A DNA stretch of 64,000 bases from an uncultured Oscillospiraceae bacterium (GCA_964447605.1 CAYUTA010000002.1:15146-79145), one strand, 5' to 3'; shown: positions 1 to 9,036, counted from the stretch's first letter. Numbers and translations: made by a program. The notes: generated by a model not told the origin, from the letters alone.

Positions 1-1352
1 TTTCGGCTATCCTGCGCGCCATACAGGGCGCCTTTGTGGTAGGACTGCTTTTCAGCATACATCAGATTGTCCGCATCCCGAATCAAAAGGGTGATATCCC
101 GGGTTCCCCGATCCCAGACCGCGCCGATGGAGACGCTGAAATCACGCCGTAATTGAGACTTTTGCCTCATCTGCCCGACTTTTTCCTCAAAGGCTGCCTC
201 AGGAATATCCGTGCAGATTACAATAAACTCATCGCCGCCCACCCGGAATGCCTGGTCTGGAAAAACGCCGCGGATCATGTTTGCCACGTCCTGAATCAGA
301 TGATCCCCGTATTCGTGCCCACAGGTATCATTTATGGTTTTGAGCCCGTTGATGTCCACATAAACGATCCCGGCGCACTTTGAGGGCGCACGCTCCAGCT
401 CCTGTATTCTGGCAATATACTTATTGCGGTTGAACAGGCCGGTGAGCATATCCACATAGCCCATTCTTTCAAGCCGCAGAGCTGTCTTTCGTTTTTGCAT
501 GTCGCCGGCGATCATTTTGCTCACCGTATAAATCAGACCCATATCGCCGTCCGACTCTCTTCTTTCAAAAAGCGCGGGCTCATCCACGCCAATAAAGCCG
601 ACGATCTGACCGAGTTCCTCCAAAGGCGCGGCCACCAGGCTCCCGACCCCCTTTACCCTGAGAATCCGGCCGATATTGCCGTTTTTTTCCGCGCTTTCCG
701 AATTCCTATAGAAGATCTGCTTGCTTTTATTGGGGCTTTGCAGCCAGATGCCGAAAAACCCGCCCAGATACGGCGCGCGCCCGGCGATGCCGCACGCACG
801 CCACTCATATGTTTTCCGCAGCATGTCGCTTTCAAAATCCACCTCATAAATATAAGCGCGCTTTCCGCCATAGTACCGGCCGATCGTCTCCAGCAGGCGC
901 TCCACGGCCGTCTCCATATCCGTCTCCTCGGCCAGCAGCCGCAGGCACTCTGCAAGCGTTGCCTCGCCTGTCAGCCTTTCATGAAGCTTCTCGATTTCAA
1001 TCTCCTGCTCCGTAATGTCGTAAGCAATTTCTAAACGCAGGCTGCGCCCGGCTTTGGCTGCAATCTTCTTGTCCCAGATAGCAAAATGCCGGCCGGCATG
1101 TTTGTTATAATGTTTCCAATAAACGGCTCCGGTTTCGAAAAGCTGTCTGTTTGTGCAAAACGGGCAAGGCGCGTCCAGACCCTGCAAAACCGCATAGCAT
1201 TTCTGTCCCCGGTATGCCTCGTGCGAAGCCTGTCCGAAAATATCCATTCCGAATCGATTCATGTATAATAGCGCATAGTTCTCCATGTCCGCAAGATATG
1301 CAATCGCCTGGATCTCATCGGCAAGGAGCTCAGCATATTCGCTGTTTGACAA
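1..1352 (-). CDS. GGDEF-domain diguanylate cyclase with an N-terminal Cys-motif sensor and a GAF-like domain; partial, the 3' end lies beyond the left window edge
   Basis: Absent from the ORF track because it runs off the edge. Manual minus-strand translation from TTG 1352 (RBS AGAGGGGAG upstream) gives a continuous frame containing DMLTGLFNRNKY, INDTCGHEYGD and RVGGDEFIV. The GGDEF codons are in frame with 1352. Confidence 0.85.
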   Translation of the reverse strand, partial: MSNSEYAELLADEIQAIAYLADMENYALLYMNRFGMDIFGQASHEAYRGQKCYAVLQGLDAPCPFCTNRQLFETGAVYWKHYNKHAGRHFAIWDKKIAAKAGRSLRLEIAYDITEQEIEIEKLHERLTGEATLAECLRLLAEETDMETAVERLLETIGRYYGGKRAYIYEVDFESDMLRKTYEWRACGIAGRAPYLGGFFGIWLQSPNKSKQIFYRNSESAEKNGNIGRILRVKGVGSLVAAPLEELGQIVGFIGVDEPALFERRESDGDMGLIYTVSKMIAGDMQKRKTALRLERMGYVDMLTGLFNRNKYIARIQELERAPSKCAGIVYVDINGLKTINDTCGHEYGDHLIQDVANMIRGVFPDQAFRVGGDEFIVICTDIPEAAFEEKVGQMRQKSQLRRDFSVSIGAVWDRGTRDITLLIRDADNLMYAEKQSYHKGALYGAQDSR

Positions 1353-1443
1353 ATTACTCCCCTCTTTCGGACTCTGATCTGGTGGAAGGCCAGGTTATAT
1401 AAAATTATATTAACATGGCGGCATGTCCGCTTCCAATACATTT

Positions 1444-1486
1444 TTAACAAAAATACGACCGATTTTGCCGCTTTTCTGCAAATCGG
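1444..1486 (-). terminator. Possible intrinsic terminator after the Crp/Fnr gene
   Basis: Minus strand reads CCGATTT, a 13-nt loop, AAAATCGG, then TCGTATTTTTG. The stem is AT-rich and 7 bp long. Confidence 0.4.
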
Positions 1487-1530
1487 ACCCGTTAAGGGAA
1501 GCGCCGTGCGCAACAGAATCTAACCGATGT

Positions 1531-2205
1531 TCACGGTTCAAACAATGCGTCGTACAGCGTAAAACGCTCCCGGCGGTAATCGATCAGGCCGTCGCGCTTC
1601 ATGCGCGAAAGCTCCGCGCACAACGCGCTTCTGTCCACGCCGAGGTAATCGGCAAAGCCCTGCCGCTTGAACGGAACGCAGACCTCCCGCGCGTTGTTTT
1701 GCGAGGCCAGCTCCATAAGGTAGGACGACAGCTTGCCGCGCAGGGAGCGCCGCGCCATATGGCATTGCTTCCGGATCAGCGCGATGTTCTTGTTGGCCAG
1801 TAGCGCAAGCGCGTTTTTCAGCAGAAGGCTGTGCGTCTCACATCTCTGCTCACAGCCGTCGATGAGCCGCCGCGCATCCATAAGAATTGCCTCGCAGTCG
1901 CTCTCGGCATACAGGTACACATCCTCATTGAAACGGTGCGCTACGGAAAGCGATAGCCCGAACAGCTCGTTGTGTTCCACGCGGGAGAGCAGCGCCCGGT
2001 TCCCAAGCGCGTCGTCCTGCACCACCAATACGGCGCCGGTAAGCAGAACTCCGATCTTTGGAATCGGCTGTCCGCCGTGCATGATGATCTCTCCCCGGTC
2101 GTATTTCCAAACGGCTGCGCCGGTGCAGCGCAATATTTTTTCCAACTCGCTTCGGCCGATGCCGCAAAAAAGCGCGTTTTGTGCGGCGGATTGAAAAATA
2201 CCCAT
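1531..2205 (-). CDS. Crp/Fnr-family transcriptional regulator
   Basis: 224 aa. The N-terminus resembles a cNMP-binding fold (LFCGIGRSELEKIL...GEIIMHGG). The C-terminus carries an HTH (RQGFADYLGVDRSALCAELSRMKRDGLI). Divergent from the flavodiiron operon. Confidence 0.85.
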   Translation of the reverse strand: MGIFQSAAQNALFCGIGRSELEKILRCTGAAVWKYDRGEIIMHGGQPIPKIGVLLTGAVLVVQDDALGNRALLSRVEHNELFGLSLSVAHRFNEDVYLYAESDCEAILMDARRLIDGCEQRCETHSLLLKNALALLANKNIALIRKQCHMARRSLRGKLSSYLMELASQNNAREVCVPFKRQGFADYLGVDRSALCAELSRMKRDGLIDYRRERFTLYDALFEP

Positions 2206-2220
2206 GCATTGCCCTCATTT

Positions 2221-2234
2221 GTTGTAATCACAAC
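2221..2234. promoter_or_regulatory. Candidate Crp/Fnr-type operator (GTTGT-N4-ACAAC palindrome) in the divergent promoter region
   Basis: GTTGTAATCACAAC has 5-bp perfect arms. It sits about 35 nt upstream of an AT-rich -10-like CTATATAAAA and 61 nt upstream of the flavodiiron ATG, next to the Crp/Fnr gene. Confidence 0.45.
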
Positions 2235-2294
2235 GGTTATTGTCCCCATTATATGCCATACTATATAAAAATCAAGTAAACGGCGGTAATTTTT

Positions 2295-4142
2295 ATGTTC
2301 TGCACAAAGGCCATTACGCAGGATCTGACCTGGGTCGGCGGGAACGACCGCAGGCTTGCCATGTTCGAGGGCGTCTATTCCGTCCCCGACGGCGTCTCCT
2401 ACAATTCCTACCTGTTACAAGACGATATCACCGTGCTGTTTGATACGGTGGACAGGGCGGTGGCGCGCGTGTTCTTTGAAAATCTTGCGCATGCGCTCGG
2501 CGGCAAAAAGCTCGACTATGTCGTCGTGCAGCACATGGAGCCGGATCATTCGGCCACGCTTGCCGAGCTGTTGCTGCGCCACCCGGAAGCAACCGTCGTA
2601 TGCAGTAAAAAGTCTGCCGCGATGATGCAGTCATTCTTCGGCGCAGAAATTTCCGCGCCCTTCCACATGGTCAGCGAGGGCGACGTGCTGGAAACCGGCC
2701 GTCATAAGCTTCATTTTCTCATGGCGCCAATGGTGCACTGGCCCGAGGTTATGGTCACCTATGACGCAACGGATAAAGTTCTTTTTTCCGCCGACGCGTT
2801 CGGAACTTTCGGCGCGCTCAACGGCGCAATCTTTGCCGACGAGGTGGATTTTGCGCGGGACTACATGGACGAGGCGCGCCGCTATTACTGCAACATTGTT
2901 GGAAAATACGGCGCGCAGGTGCAGGCTCTATTAAAAAAGGCCGCTTCGCTCGATATTCGGATGATCTGTCCGCTGCACGGGTTTGTCTGGCGCAGCAGGC
3001 TCGGCGATTATCTTGAAAAATACCAGCGCTGGAGCACCTATACGCCGGAGGAAACGGGCGTTATGATCGCCTATGCGTCGGTATACGGCAACACGGAGAA
3101 CGCGGCGGAGAGCCTGGCCTGCCGCCTGCGCGACGCGGGCGTTCAAACCGCAATGTATGATGTGTCCGTTACGCCCGCCTCTGAAATCGTGGCCGCTGCA
3201 TTCCGCTGGAGCCACCTGATCTTTGCCTCCACCACCTATAACGCAGGCGTCTTCATCAGCATGGATGAGCTTCTGCACGACCTTGCCGCGCATAACCTGC
3301 AAAACCGCACGGTGGCGTTCGTGGAAAACGGCTCCTGGGCCCCCGCTGCCGGCAAGCTGATGCGTGAGATCGTGGCGTCCTGCAAAAACATGACCATCCT
3401 GGATGAGACGCTCACCATTCGCTCCGCACTGAAACCCGAGCAGGGCGCACAGCTTGACGAACTGGTATCCGCAATGCTTGCGGCCATGCCGCGGCGCGCC
3501 GCAAGCCCGGCTCCGTCTCCGGAAGCCGCCGTGGACGCGGACGCTTTTTTCAAGCTCTCCTGCGGCCTGTTTGTGCTCACCGCGCGCGAAGGACAAAAGG
3601 ACAACGGCTGCATCATCAATACCGCTGAACAACTGACCGGCAGCCCCGCGCGCATCACCATCTCGGTCAATAAACGGAATCATACGCACGATATGATTCA
3701 AAGGACCGGCGAATTCAACGTTTCTGTGCTCACCGAGGACGCGCCGTTGCGCGTATTTGAGCGATTCGGCTTCCAAAGCGGCCGCAATGTGAACAAGTTC
3801 AGCGGCTGCGCAGACGGTGCGCTTAGCGACAACGGCTTGCGCTACCTGACCAAATACGCCAACGCGTTTATCTCCGGCAGGGTTCTCAATGCATATGACT
3901 ACGGCACGCATACGCTCTTCGTCGCCGAGGTCACGCAGGCGCAGGCGCTTTCGGACGCGCCCTCGTTGACCTACGCGTATTATTTTGCCCACATCAGGAC
4001 CGGGCCGCGACCGGCGGAAGCGAAAAGAAAGGGCTTTGTCTGCAAAATCTGCGGCTACGTTTACGAAGGCGACGTGCTGCCGACAGATTTTATCTGCCCG
4101 CTGTGCAAGCATGGCGCGGAGGACTTTGAGCCGCTGGGGTAA
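2295..4142 (+). CDS. Multidomain flavodiiron protein: metallo-beta-lactamase-like diiron domain, flavodoxin domain, flavin-reductase-like domain and C-terminal rubredoxin
   Basis: 615 aa. HMEPDHS diiron motif region; flavodoxin-like MIAYASVYGNTE; flavin-reductase-like LFVLTAREGQKDNGCIINT; terminal CKICGYVYEG...CPLCKHG rubredoxin knuckles. Confidence 0.9.
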   Translation: MFCTKAITQDLTWVGGNDRRLAMFEGVYSVPDGVSYNSYLLQDDITVLFDTVDRAVARVFFENLAHALGGKKLDYVVVQHMEPDHSATLAELLLRHPEATVVCSKKSAAMMQSFFGAEISAPFHMVSEGDVLETGRHKLHFLMAPMVHWPEVMVTYDATDKVLFSADAFGTFGALNGAIFADEVDFARDYMDEARRYYCNIVGKYGAQVQALLKKAASLDIRMICPLHGFVWRSRLGDYLEKYQRWSTYTPEETGVMIAYASVYGNTENAAESLACRLRDAGVQTAMYDVSVTPASEIVAAAFRWSHLIFASTTYNAGVFISMDELLHDLAAHNLQNRTVAFVENGSWAPAAGKLMREIVASCKNMTILDETLTIRSALKPEQGAQLDELVSAMLAAMPRRAASPAPSPEAAVDADAFFKLSCGLFVLTAREGQKDNGCIINTAEQLTGSPARITISVNKRNHTHDMIQRTGEFNVSVLTEDAPLRVFERFGFQSGRNVNKFSGCADGALSDNGLRYLTKYANAFISGRVLNAYDYGTHTLFVAEVTQAQALSDAPSLTYAYYFAHIRTGPRPAEAKRKGFVCKICGYVYEGDVLPTDFICPLCKHGAEDFEPLG

Positions 4143-4209
4143 TGGAAAGGCGCGCTTTACCAAAGCGACAATTCCAACAAAATATAACCAAAGAAAGGGA
4201 GCGTACAAA

Positions 4210-4584
4210 ATGGAACAGAAATACTATGTTTGCAGGCATTGTGGAAACATCATCGCGTTTGCCAGAAACAGCGGCGTGCCCGTTGTTTGCTGCGGTGAGA
4301 AAATGCAGGAGCTTGTCCCCAACACAACCGATGCGGCGCAGGAAAAGCACGTGCCCGTCATTGAAGCCGACGGCTGCAGGGTGAGCGTCACTGTCGGCAG
4401 CGTGGCGCACCCCATGATTCCCGAACACTACATCGAATGGATCGCGCTGCAAACCGCGCAGGGCAGGCAGTTCAAGCCGCTTACGCCCGGCGGCGCGCCG
4501 AGCGCCTGCTTCAAAATTTGCGAGGGCGACGCGGTGGAGGCCGCCTTTGCCTACTGCAACCTCCACGGCCTGTGGAAAGCATAA
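4210..4584 (+). CDS. dfx: Desulfoferrodoxin (2Fe superoxide reductase)
   Basis: [15 protein letters not shown]...VCCGEKM is a desulforedoxin-like N-terminus. The SOR core contains EKHVPV and CNLHGLW. I chose the ATG at 4210 because the longer ORF-track start (3985) overlaps the upstream gene. Confidence 0.9.
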   Translation: MEQKYYVCRHCGNIIAFARNSGVPVVCCGEKMQELVPNTTDAAQEKHVPVIEADGCRVSVTVGSVAHPMIPEHYIEWIALQTAQGRQFKPLTPGGAPSACFKICEGDAVEAAFAYCNLHGLWKA

Positions 4585-4606
4585 CGGAAGGGAGTGGCGG
4601 TTTATT

Positions 4607-4765
4607 ATGAAATTTGTCTGCGAGGTATGCGGTTGGGAATATGACGAAACGGCGGGAGATCCGGAAAACGGCATCGCCCCCGGAACCAGATTCGAAGATC
4701 TTCCGGATGACTTTGTCTGCCCGCTCTGCGGCGCCGGCAAGGAGGCGTTTGCCGAAGTGGAATAA
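4607..4765 (+). CDS. Rubredoxin
   Basis: [14 protein letters not shown]...[14 protein letters not shown] has two CxxC knuckles. RBS GGAAGGGAG lies upstream of ATG 4607. Confidence 0.92.
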   Translation: MKFVCEVCGWEYDETAGDPENGIAPGTRFEDLPDDFVCPLCGAGKEAFAEVE

Positions 4766-4820
4766 GCGCCGACAAACCCGCTTTCCTTCCGTTTGACGGC
4801 AACCGTCACCGTATGCCCAG

Positions 4821-4861
4821 AGACCGTCCTGCCGCGTACAGGGCGGTCTTTTGTTATTTTT
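4821..4861 (+). terminator. Rho-independent terminator of the flavodiiron/dfx/rubredoxin operon
   Basis: AGACCGTCCTG, a 7-nt loop, CAGGGCGGTCT (11-bp stem with one G-U pair), followed by TTTGTTATTTTT. Confidence 0.8.
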
Positions 4862-4914
4862 CGTCAACTTGCCGCATACAGTGCATGGAGAGTGCAACAG
4901 GGGAGGAATGTCCG

Positions 4915-5781
4915 ATGCGCGTGATTATCGTCAAAAAGCAGACCCTCATCATCGCAGCCATTATCGCCGTGGTTCTGATTGCCGGCATCATTATCCTTTG
5001 CGTGGCGGCTGCAAGGGAGGAATCGACCGCGCCGACCATGCAGTATCAGAAAATTGAGGAATATGAGCTCAACGTGCTGGCCGGCAAGCGGCGCGAACTG
5101 CCGGTATACTATGTCGAGCGCACGGACAAGGCGATTGCGCTGACCATTGACGCGGCCTGGGAGGACGACAAAACGGCGTTCATCCTAGACACGCTCAAGC
5201 AGCACGATATCAAGGCCACGTTTTTTCTCTGCGGCGTATGGGTCGAAGCCTATCCGGATCAGGTCAAAGCCATCGCCGCGCAGGGACATGAGGTCGGCAA
5301 CCACAGCCTTACGCATCCGCACATGAATAAGCTTGACGCGGCCGCCATACAGAAGGAGATATCTGATCTGGACGATCAGATCGAGGCCCTGACCGGAAAA
5401 CGCTGCACACTGTTTCGCGCGCCGTATGGCGAATATAACGACACCGTTATCCGGGCCGTGCGCGATGTCGGCTATGAACCGATCCAGTGGAACCTGGATA
5501 CCATCGACTGGAAGCAGGAACGCAGCGCGGAGGTCATTTTAAATACGGTGCTCCCCAAGCTGTCGCCGGGCAGCATCATTTTGTGCCACAACAACGGCTA
5601 CCGCATCAAGGACTATTTACCCGTTCTGATCGAAAAGGCGACGGAGCAGGGGTACACGTTCGTTACAATGTCTGAGTTGCTGCTACAGGGCGAGACGACG
5701 ATTGACAACAACGGCATGCAAAAACCGGCCGCGGCCGCATCCGCCACGCCCGCCCCCGCTAAGACGCCAAAGGCGGCGTAA
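4915..5781 (+). CDS. Polysaccharide deacetylase (NodB homology domain), membrane-anchored
   Basis: N-terminal TM segment LIIAAIIAVVLIAGIIIL. NodB motifs LTIDAAWEDD and VGNHSLTHPHM. RBS AGGGGAGGA lies before ATG 4915. Confidence 0.85.
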   Translation: MRVIIVKKQTLIIAAIIAVVLIAGIIILCVAAAREESTAPTMQYQKIEEYELNVLAGKRRELPVYYVERTDKAIALTIDAAWEDDKTAFILDTLKQHDIKATFFLCGVWVEAYPDQVKAIAAQGHEVGNHSLTHPHMNKLDAAAIQKEISDLDDQIEALTGKRCTLFRAPYGEYNDTVIRAVRDVGYEPIQWNLDTIDWKQERSAEVILNTVLPKLSPGSIILCHNNGYRIKDYLPVLIEKATEQGYTFVTMSELLLQGETTIDNNGMQKPAAAASATPAPAKTPKAA

Positions 5782-5847
5782 ACGCAGCTACGCGGCTTCT
5801 TCTTCCTGCAGATTAACAAAGCGGCTTCGTCGTTCCGGCGAATTGGC

Positions 5848-5878
5848 AAAGCGGCCGCAACCGAACCCGCTTTTTCCT
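5848..5878 (+). terminator. Probable intrinsic terminator after the deacetylase gene
   Basis: AAAGCGG, a 12-nt loop, CCGCTTT, followed by TTCCTT. Confidence 0.55.
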
Positions 5879-6021
5879 TACAAACGAATATGCAATCACA
5901 CGGGCGCCGGTTGTACACCGAGCGCCCGCGCTGCTTTGCCAGATGTTTTGTGCAAAGAATACGGCTGATAGCATGGACAGGGATCATCATTTGCACCGTC
6001 CAGGCACTCTGCCGCGCCCCG

Positions 6022-6114
6022 CTAGCCTGCGCAGGACGCAATCAGTGTAAAAATGGTTCCAAAGAGCATGATGCCCGCGAGAATCAGGCAGAAAAGGCGC
6101 GTGCTATTTTTCAT
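6022..6114 (-). CDS. Putative 30-aa hydrophobic micropeptide, translationally coupled to the PrsA-like gene
   Basis: ATGA overlap with the PrsA-like stop (6111-6114). Translation is MKNSTRLFCLILAGIMLFGTIFTLIASCAG. Below the ORF-track size cutoff, and there is no homology evidence. Confidence 0.3.
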   Translation of the reverse strand: MKNSTRLFCLILAGIMLFGTIFTLIASCAG

Positions 6115-7364
6115 TCGGCGGCAGCCCCCTCGCCCGCTTCACCCGCCGCATCGTCCATTGCGGCAGGCGCGGGCGTGCCCTCAGCCTCCTCCTGTGGTTC
6201 AGCCGTCGCCTCCGGCGCAGGCGTAATACCGGCCAGCGCGGCTTTCCCGATGTTGCGGTAGTTCTCCGGATAACGGGTTACAAGGGTTTCGTCTGAAATC
6301 CATCCCTCGATAATGCCGTTATAATACTCCTCCTGCACGGAGGTTTGCATATAGGTGTCAAACGCCTGCTGCACCTCTTCATATGGAATCTCGCGCGCAG
6401 GCTCGTCCGCCAGGCGTTTGATGATATGGTAGCCATGCTGGGATTTCACCGGTTCGGAAATATCGCCTTCCTGGCCCAGCTTGAGCGCCGCGTCAAGAAA
6501 CTCGGCACTCAAGCTCGCGCCTTCGCCAACCAGATAGCCGGCGGCATTTTCCTCAGCTTTCATGCCCGGATCGGTGCCATATTCGGCCAGCAGCGTGTCA
6601 AAGTCTCCGCCCGCATCCAGCTTGGCCTTCACCTCGTTGGCCGTCTCCTCATCCTCCACCAGAATGTGCTTTACGCGGAACAGTCCCTCGGGCACGCACA
6701 GCGGCATCGCCGTATAGCCGTACATCGCATTGGTCTCATAAGAAAAATACATCGAGGGCGTCTCCGCAAACAAGGCCTTCTGCGTTGCCAGCTCCTCGTC
6801 ATAGCGCGCCTTAAGCTCCCCGGCGGACAGGCCCGCATCCGAAATGAGCGCCGCCTTATGTTTGGCCACAAGCAACTCGTCCTCCGCGCTCGTGAGCAAC
6901 TCCTTCTTCATCTTGTTGACCGTGGTGCCGTTTTGTACCAGCGCATCGGTAAACAGCTTCTGCGCATATGCATTGACGTCTGTGGAGCCGGATTCCTTCG
7001 CCGCGTCGACAAAAGACTGATATGTGGAGTCATAGGCCTCCCGCGCGCTCGTTTTCGCCTGCTCCGCCTCTTCCGCGGTCAGCGTAATTCCAGACTGACG
7101 CGCCTGGTATGCCGTCATTTCCGAGGCAATGAGCGAATCGAGCAAATAATCCTGAAACGCCTCAACCTCCTCGGCCGTGGTGAGCGGATACCCATAAAAC
7201 GACGAGTAAGCCGAGCTGTTGTTATAGTAGTTTTCCAGTTGCGCAACCGTAACCTCACGATCGCCAACCCTGGCGGCAATCTTTGCCGGCGCACAGCCCG
7301 CCAATATGGCGGTCAGCGCCAGTGCAAGAACGAGTGCGCATGCAAAAAATCTGTTGTGCTTCAT
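6111..7364 (-). CDS. prsA: Peptidyl-prolyl isomerase lipoprotein (PrsA/SurA-like, parvulin domain)
   Basis: Lipobox LAGC. Parvulin block FRVKHILVEDEETANEVKAKLDAGGDFDTLLAEYGTDPGM...SQHGYHIIKR. Confidence 0.85.
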   Translation of the reverse strand: MKHNRFFACALVLALALTAILAGCAPAKIAARVGDREVTVAQLENYYNNSSAYSSFYGYPLTTAEEVEAFQDYLLDSLIASEMTAYQARQSGITLTAEEAEQAKTSAREAYDSTYQSFVDAAKESGSTDVNAYAQKLFTDALVQNGTTVNKMKKELLTSAEDELLVAKHKAALISDAGLSAGELKARYDEELATQKALFAETPSMYFSYETNAMYGYTAMPLCVPEGLFRVKHILVEDEETANEVKAKLDAGGDFDTLLAEYGTDPGMKAEENAAGYLVGEGASLSAEFLDAALKLGQEGDISEPVKSQHGYHIIKRLADEPAREIPYEEVQQAFDTYMQTSVQEEYYNGIIEGWISDETLVTRYPENYRNIGKAALAGITPAPEATAEPQEEAEGTPAPAAMDDAAGEAGEGAAAE

Positions 7365-7406
7365 TCCTAATCCGATCTCCCTTAACTAACAGTCTCAAAC
7401 GAATGC

Positions 7407-7435
7407 ATTATACGCGGAAACGCAGGGGTTGTCAA
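7407..7435 (-). promoter_or_regulatory. Consensus sigma-A promoter for the prsA-like gene
   Basis: Minus strand reads TTGACA, a 17-nt spacer, TATAAT, about 45 nt upstream of ATG 7364. Confidence 0.75.
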
Positions 7436-7540
7436 TCAACGGTCCCCGCCGGAGGCCGTTGACGCGGCGGATTCCCCCATGCCGCCCTCAAATCTTTATC
7501 CGGCGTGGATTTCCCCTGTTACACGCTAGTCCGATCCTTA

Positions 7541-7579
7541 TCAAAAGCCGGCGGATTCTGCGGCGCTCGCGCGCCGGCT
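7541..7579 (-). terminator. Possible terminator after the galactokinase-family gene
   Basis: Minus strand reads AGCCGGCG, a loop, CGCCGGCT (8-bp stem), then TTTTGA. Confidence 0.45.
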
Positions 7580-7589
7580 CGGCAAAGGC

Positions 7590-8837
7590 CTACGCCGTAA
7601 TCTCCGTACCGCCGGCCGGCCGAATCGCCAGACGGTAGCAACAGCCGCCGCCGAACACACGTTCCATTTCAGCCCCGTATGCCTCGACCTGCGCAAGCGG
7701 CACAAGCGCCTGTATCGTCCCGGCAAAGCCGCCGCCGTGGATGCGCCATGCTCCGTTGTTTTGCAACAACCGCGCCGAGAGCGCGAGCGCAAGCGCAACG
7801 CTGCGCTCGGCAGCGTTCGTCGGGCAGGCATTTTGCAGCTGCATAAAGCTGGAACGTCCGCTTGCGAGCATCAGCTGCCGGAACGCGTCCATGTCGCCCG
7901 CCCTGAGCGCCGCGGCCTGCAGCGGCACGCGCGCATTTTCTTCAAAAAAATGAATGGCACGCAGCAACGCCCGGTCGCTTACCTTGCCGCGCAGCCCGCC
8001 AAGCGATGTGAAGAACGCAGTCTCGTCCACCTCGCGCAGGCAGCTTTTTTGAAACCGCGCCGCCACCTCCCCCATCTCCTGCGGAACGGCGGCATATTCG
8101 GGCGTCAGGTCCGCGTGGCTCCCGCCTGCGTTGACGATGCAGACGGAATATCCCAGCGACTCGATGTCGCAGTCAATGCGCTCAATGACCGGATGCTCCG
8201 CATCGGCAAAATCAATTGCGACAAATCCGCCGGATGCGCTGGCAAGCTGATCCATCAGCCCGCTGGGCTTTCCAAAATACACGTTCTCGGCATACCGGCT
8301 GGCAAGCGCCTGCTCTACCGCGGGCACGCGGCCGTTGTTATACAGATAGGAAAATATGGTTGCAATCAGAATGCTGTATGCCGCGGAGGAGGACAGTCCA
8401 GAGCCCTTTGGCACGTCGGAGTCGACGCATGCGTCAAACCCGCCGATACGATATCCCAGCTGCGCCAGCCGGGCCGCAATGCCGCGTACCAATGCGATGG
8501 AGGTGTTGTTCTCCCGTCTGCGCGGCGCCAGATCCTCCGTGTTCAGGAGGATGGGCGGGTAGCCTGCGGAGCGGATACAAATCCGGCCGTCCGCGCGCGG
8601 CGCGACCGCGGCGATAACGTCCAGCGTGACCGCCGCGGCCAGCACACAGCCATGCTGATGATCCGTATGATTGCCGCCGATCTCACTGCGGCCGGGTGCG
8701 GAAAGCAGCCGCACCTCCTCGCGCATGCCAAAAGCTTCAAAAAATGAATCCGACAGCGCCGCATAACGCGCGGGCTGCCGGCGCGCGTCCGCCCCGTAAA
8801 GCCTGTTAAGCGCCTGCATGGAAAGCCTTTGTTGCAT
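7590..8837 (-). CDS. Galactokinase-family GHMP kinase
   Basis: APGRSEIGGNHTDHQHG (galactokinase-signature-like) and the GHMP ATP motif VPKGSGLSSSAA. I chose the ATG at 8837, which has RBS GGAGGG. The ORF-track start 9074 adds 79 aa with no family resemblance. Confidence 0.8.
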   Translation of the reverse strand: MQQRLSMQALNRLYGADARRQPARYAALSDSFFEAFGMREEVRLLSAPGRSEIGGNHTDHQHGCVLAAAVTLDVIAAVAPRADGRICIRSAGYPPILLNTEDLAPRRRENNTSIALVRGIAARLAQLGYRIGGFDACVDSDVPKGSGLSSSAAYSILIATIFSYLYNNGRVPAVEQALASRYAENVYFGKPSGLMDQLASASGGFVAIDFADAEHPVIERIDCDIESLGYSVCIVNAGGSHADLTPEYAAVPQEMGEVAARFQKSCLREVDETAFFTSLGGLRGKVSDRALLRAIHFFEENARVPLQAAALRAGDMDAFRQLMLASGRSSFMQLQNACPTNAAERSVALALALSARLLQNNGAWRIHGGGFAGTIQALVPLAQVEAYGAEMERVFGGGCCYRLAIRPAGGTEITA

Positions 8838-9000
8838 AGCCGTTATCCCTCCGATCAAGCATAATGAAAATGCCGTTGTGATATCCGTATCGGCTGCCAA
8901 GGTATAACCGAGGGCGCCGCAGTCCCGTTTGGGCAATCCAATTTTTCGATTGCGCACGGCGTTTGCCGCCGGAATGATGAACGCCGGACCGCAGCCCATC

Positions 9001-9036
9001 GAAAAAGTGTTGCGGCGGGACTGCGCCGGCAGTCCC
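9001..9036 (-). terminator. Possible terminator after ridA
   Basis: GGGACTGC, tetraloop, GCAGTCCC (8-bp stem, 9017-9036). On the minus strand a T5 run follows 11 nt downstream. Confidence 0.4.

Noticed and set aside
2931-4208. 425-aa minus-strand ORF. Similar long shadow ORFs occur at 6345-7370, 13410-14552, 15344-16471, 41388-42368, 45960-46775 and 59333-60616.
   Set aside because: Each lies antisense to a gene with unambiguous family motifs (flavodiiron protein, PrsA, alkaline phosphatase, beta-CASP hydrolase, TilS, FtsK, AtpA/AtpG). Each has Arg/Gly/Ala-biased composition typical of non-coding frames.
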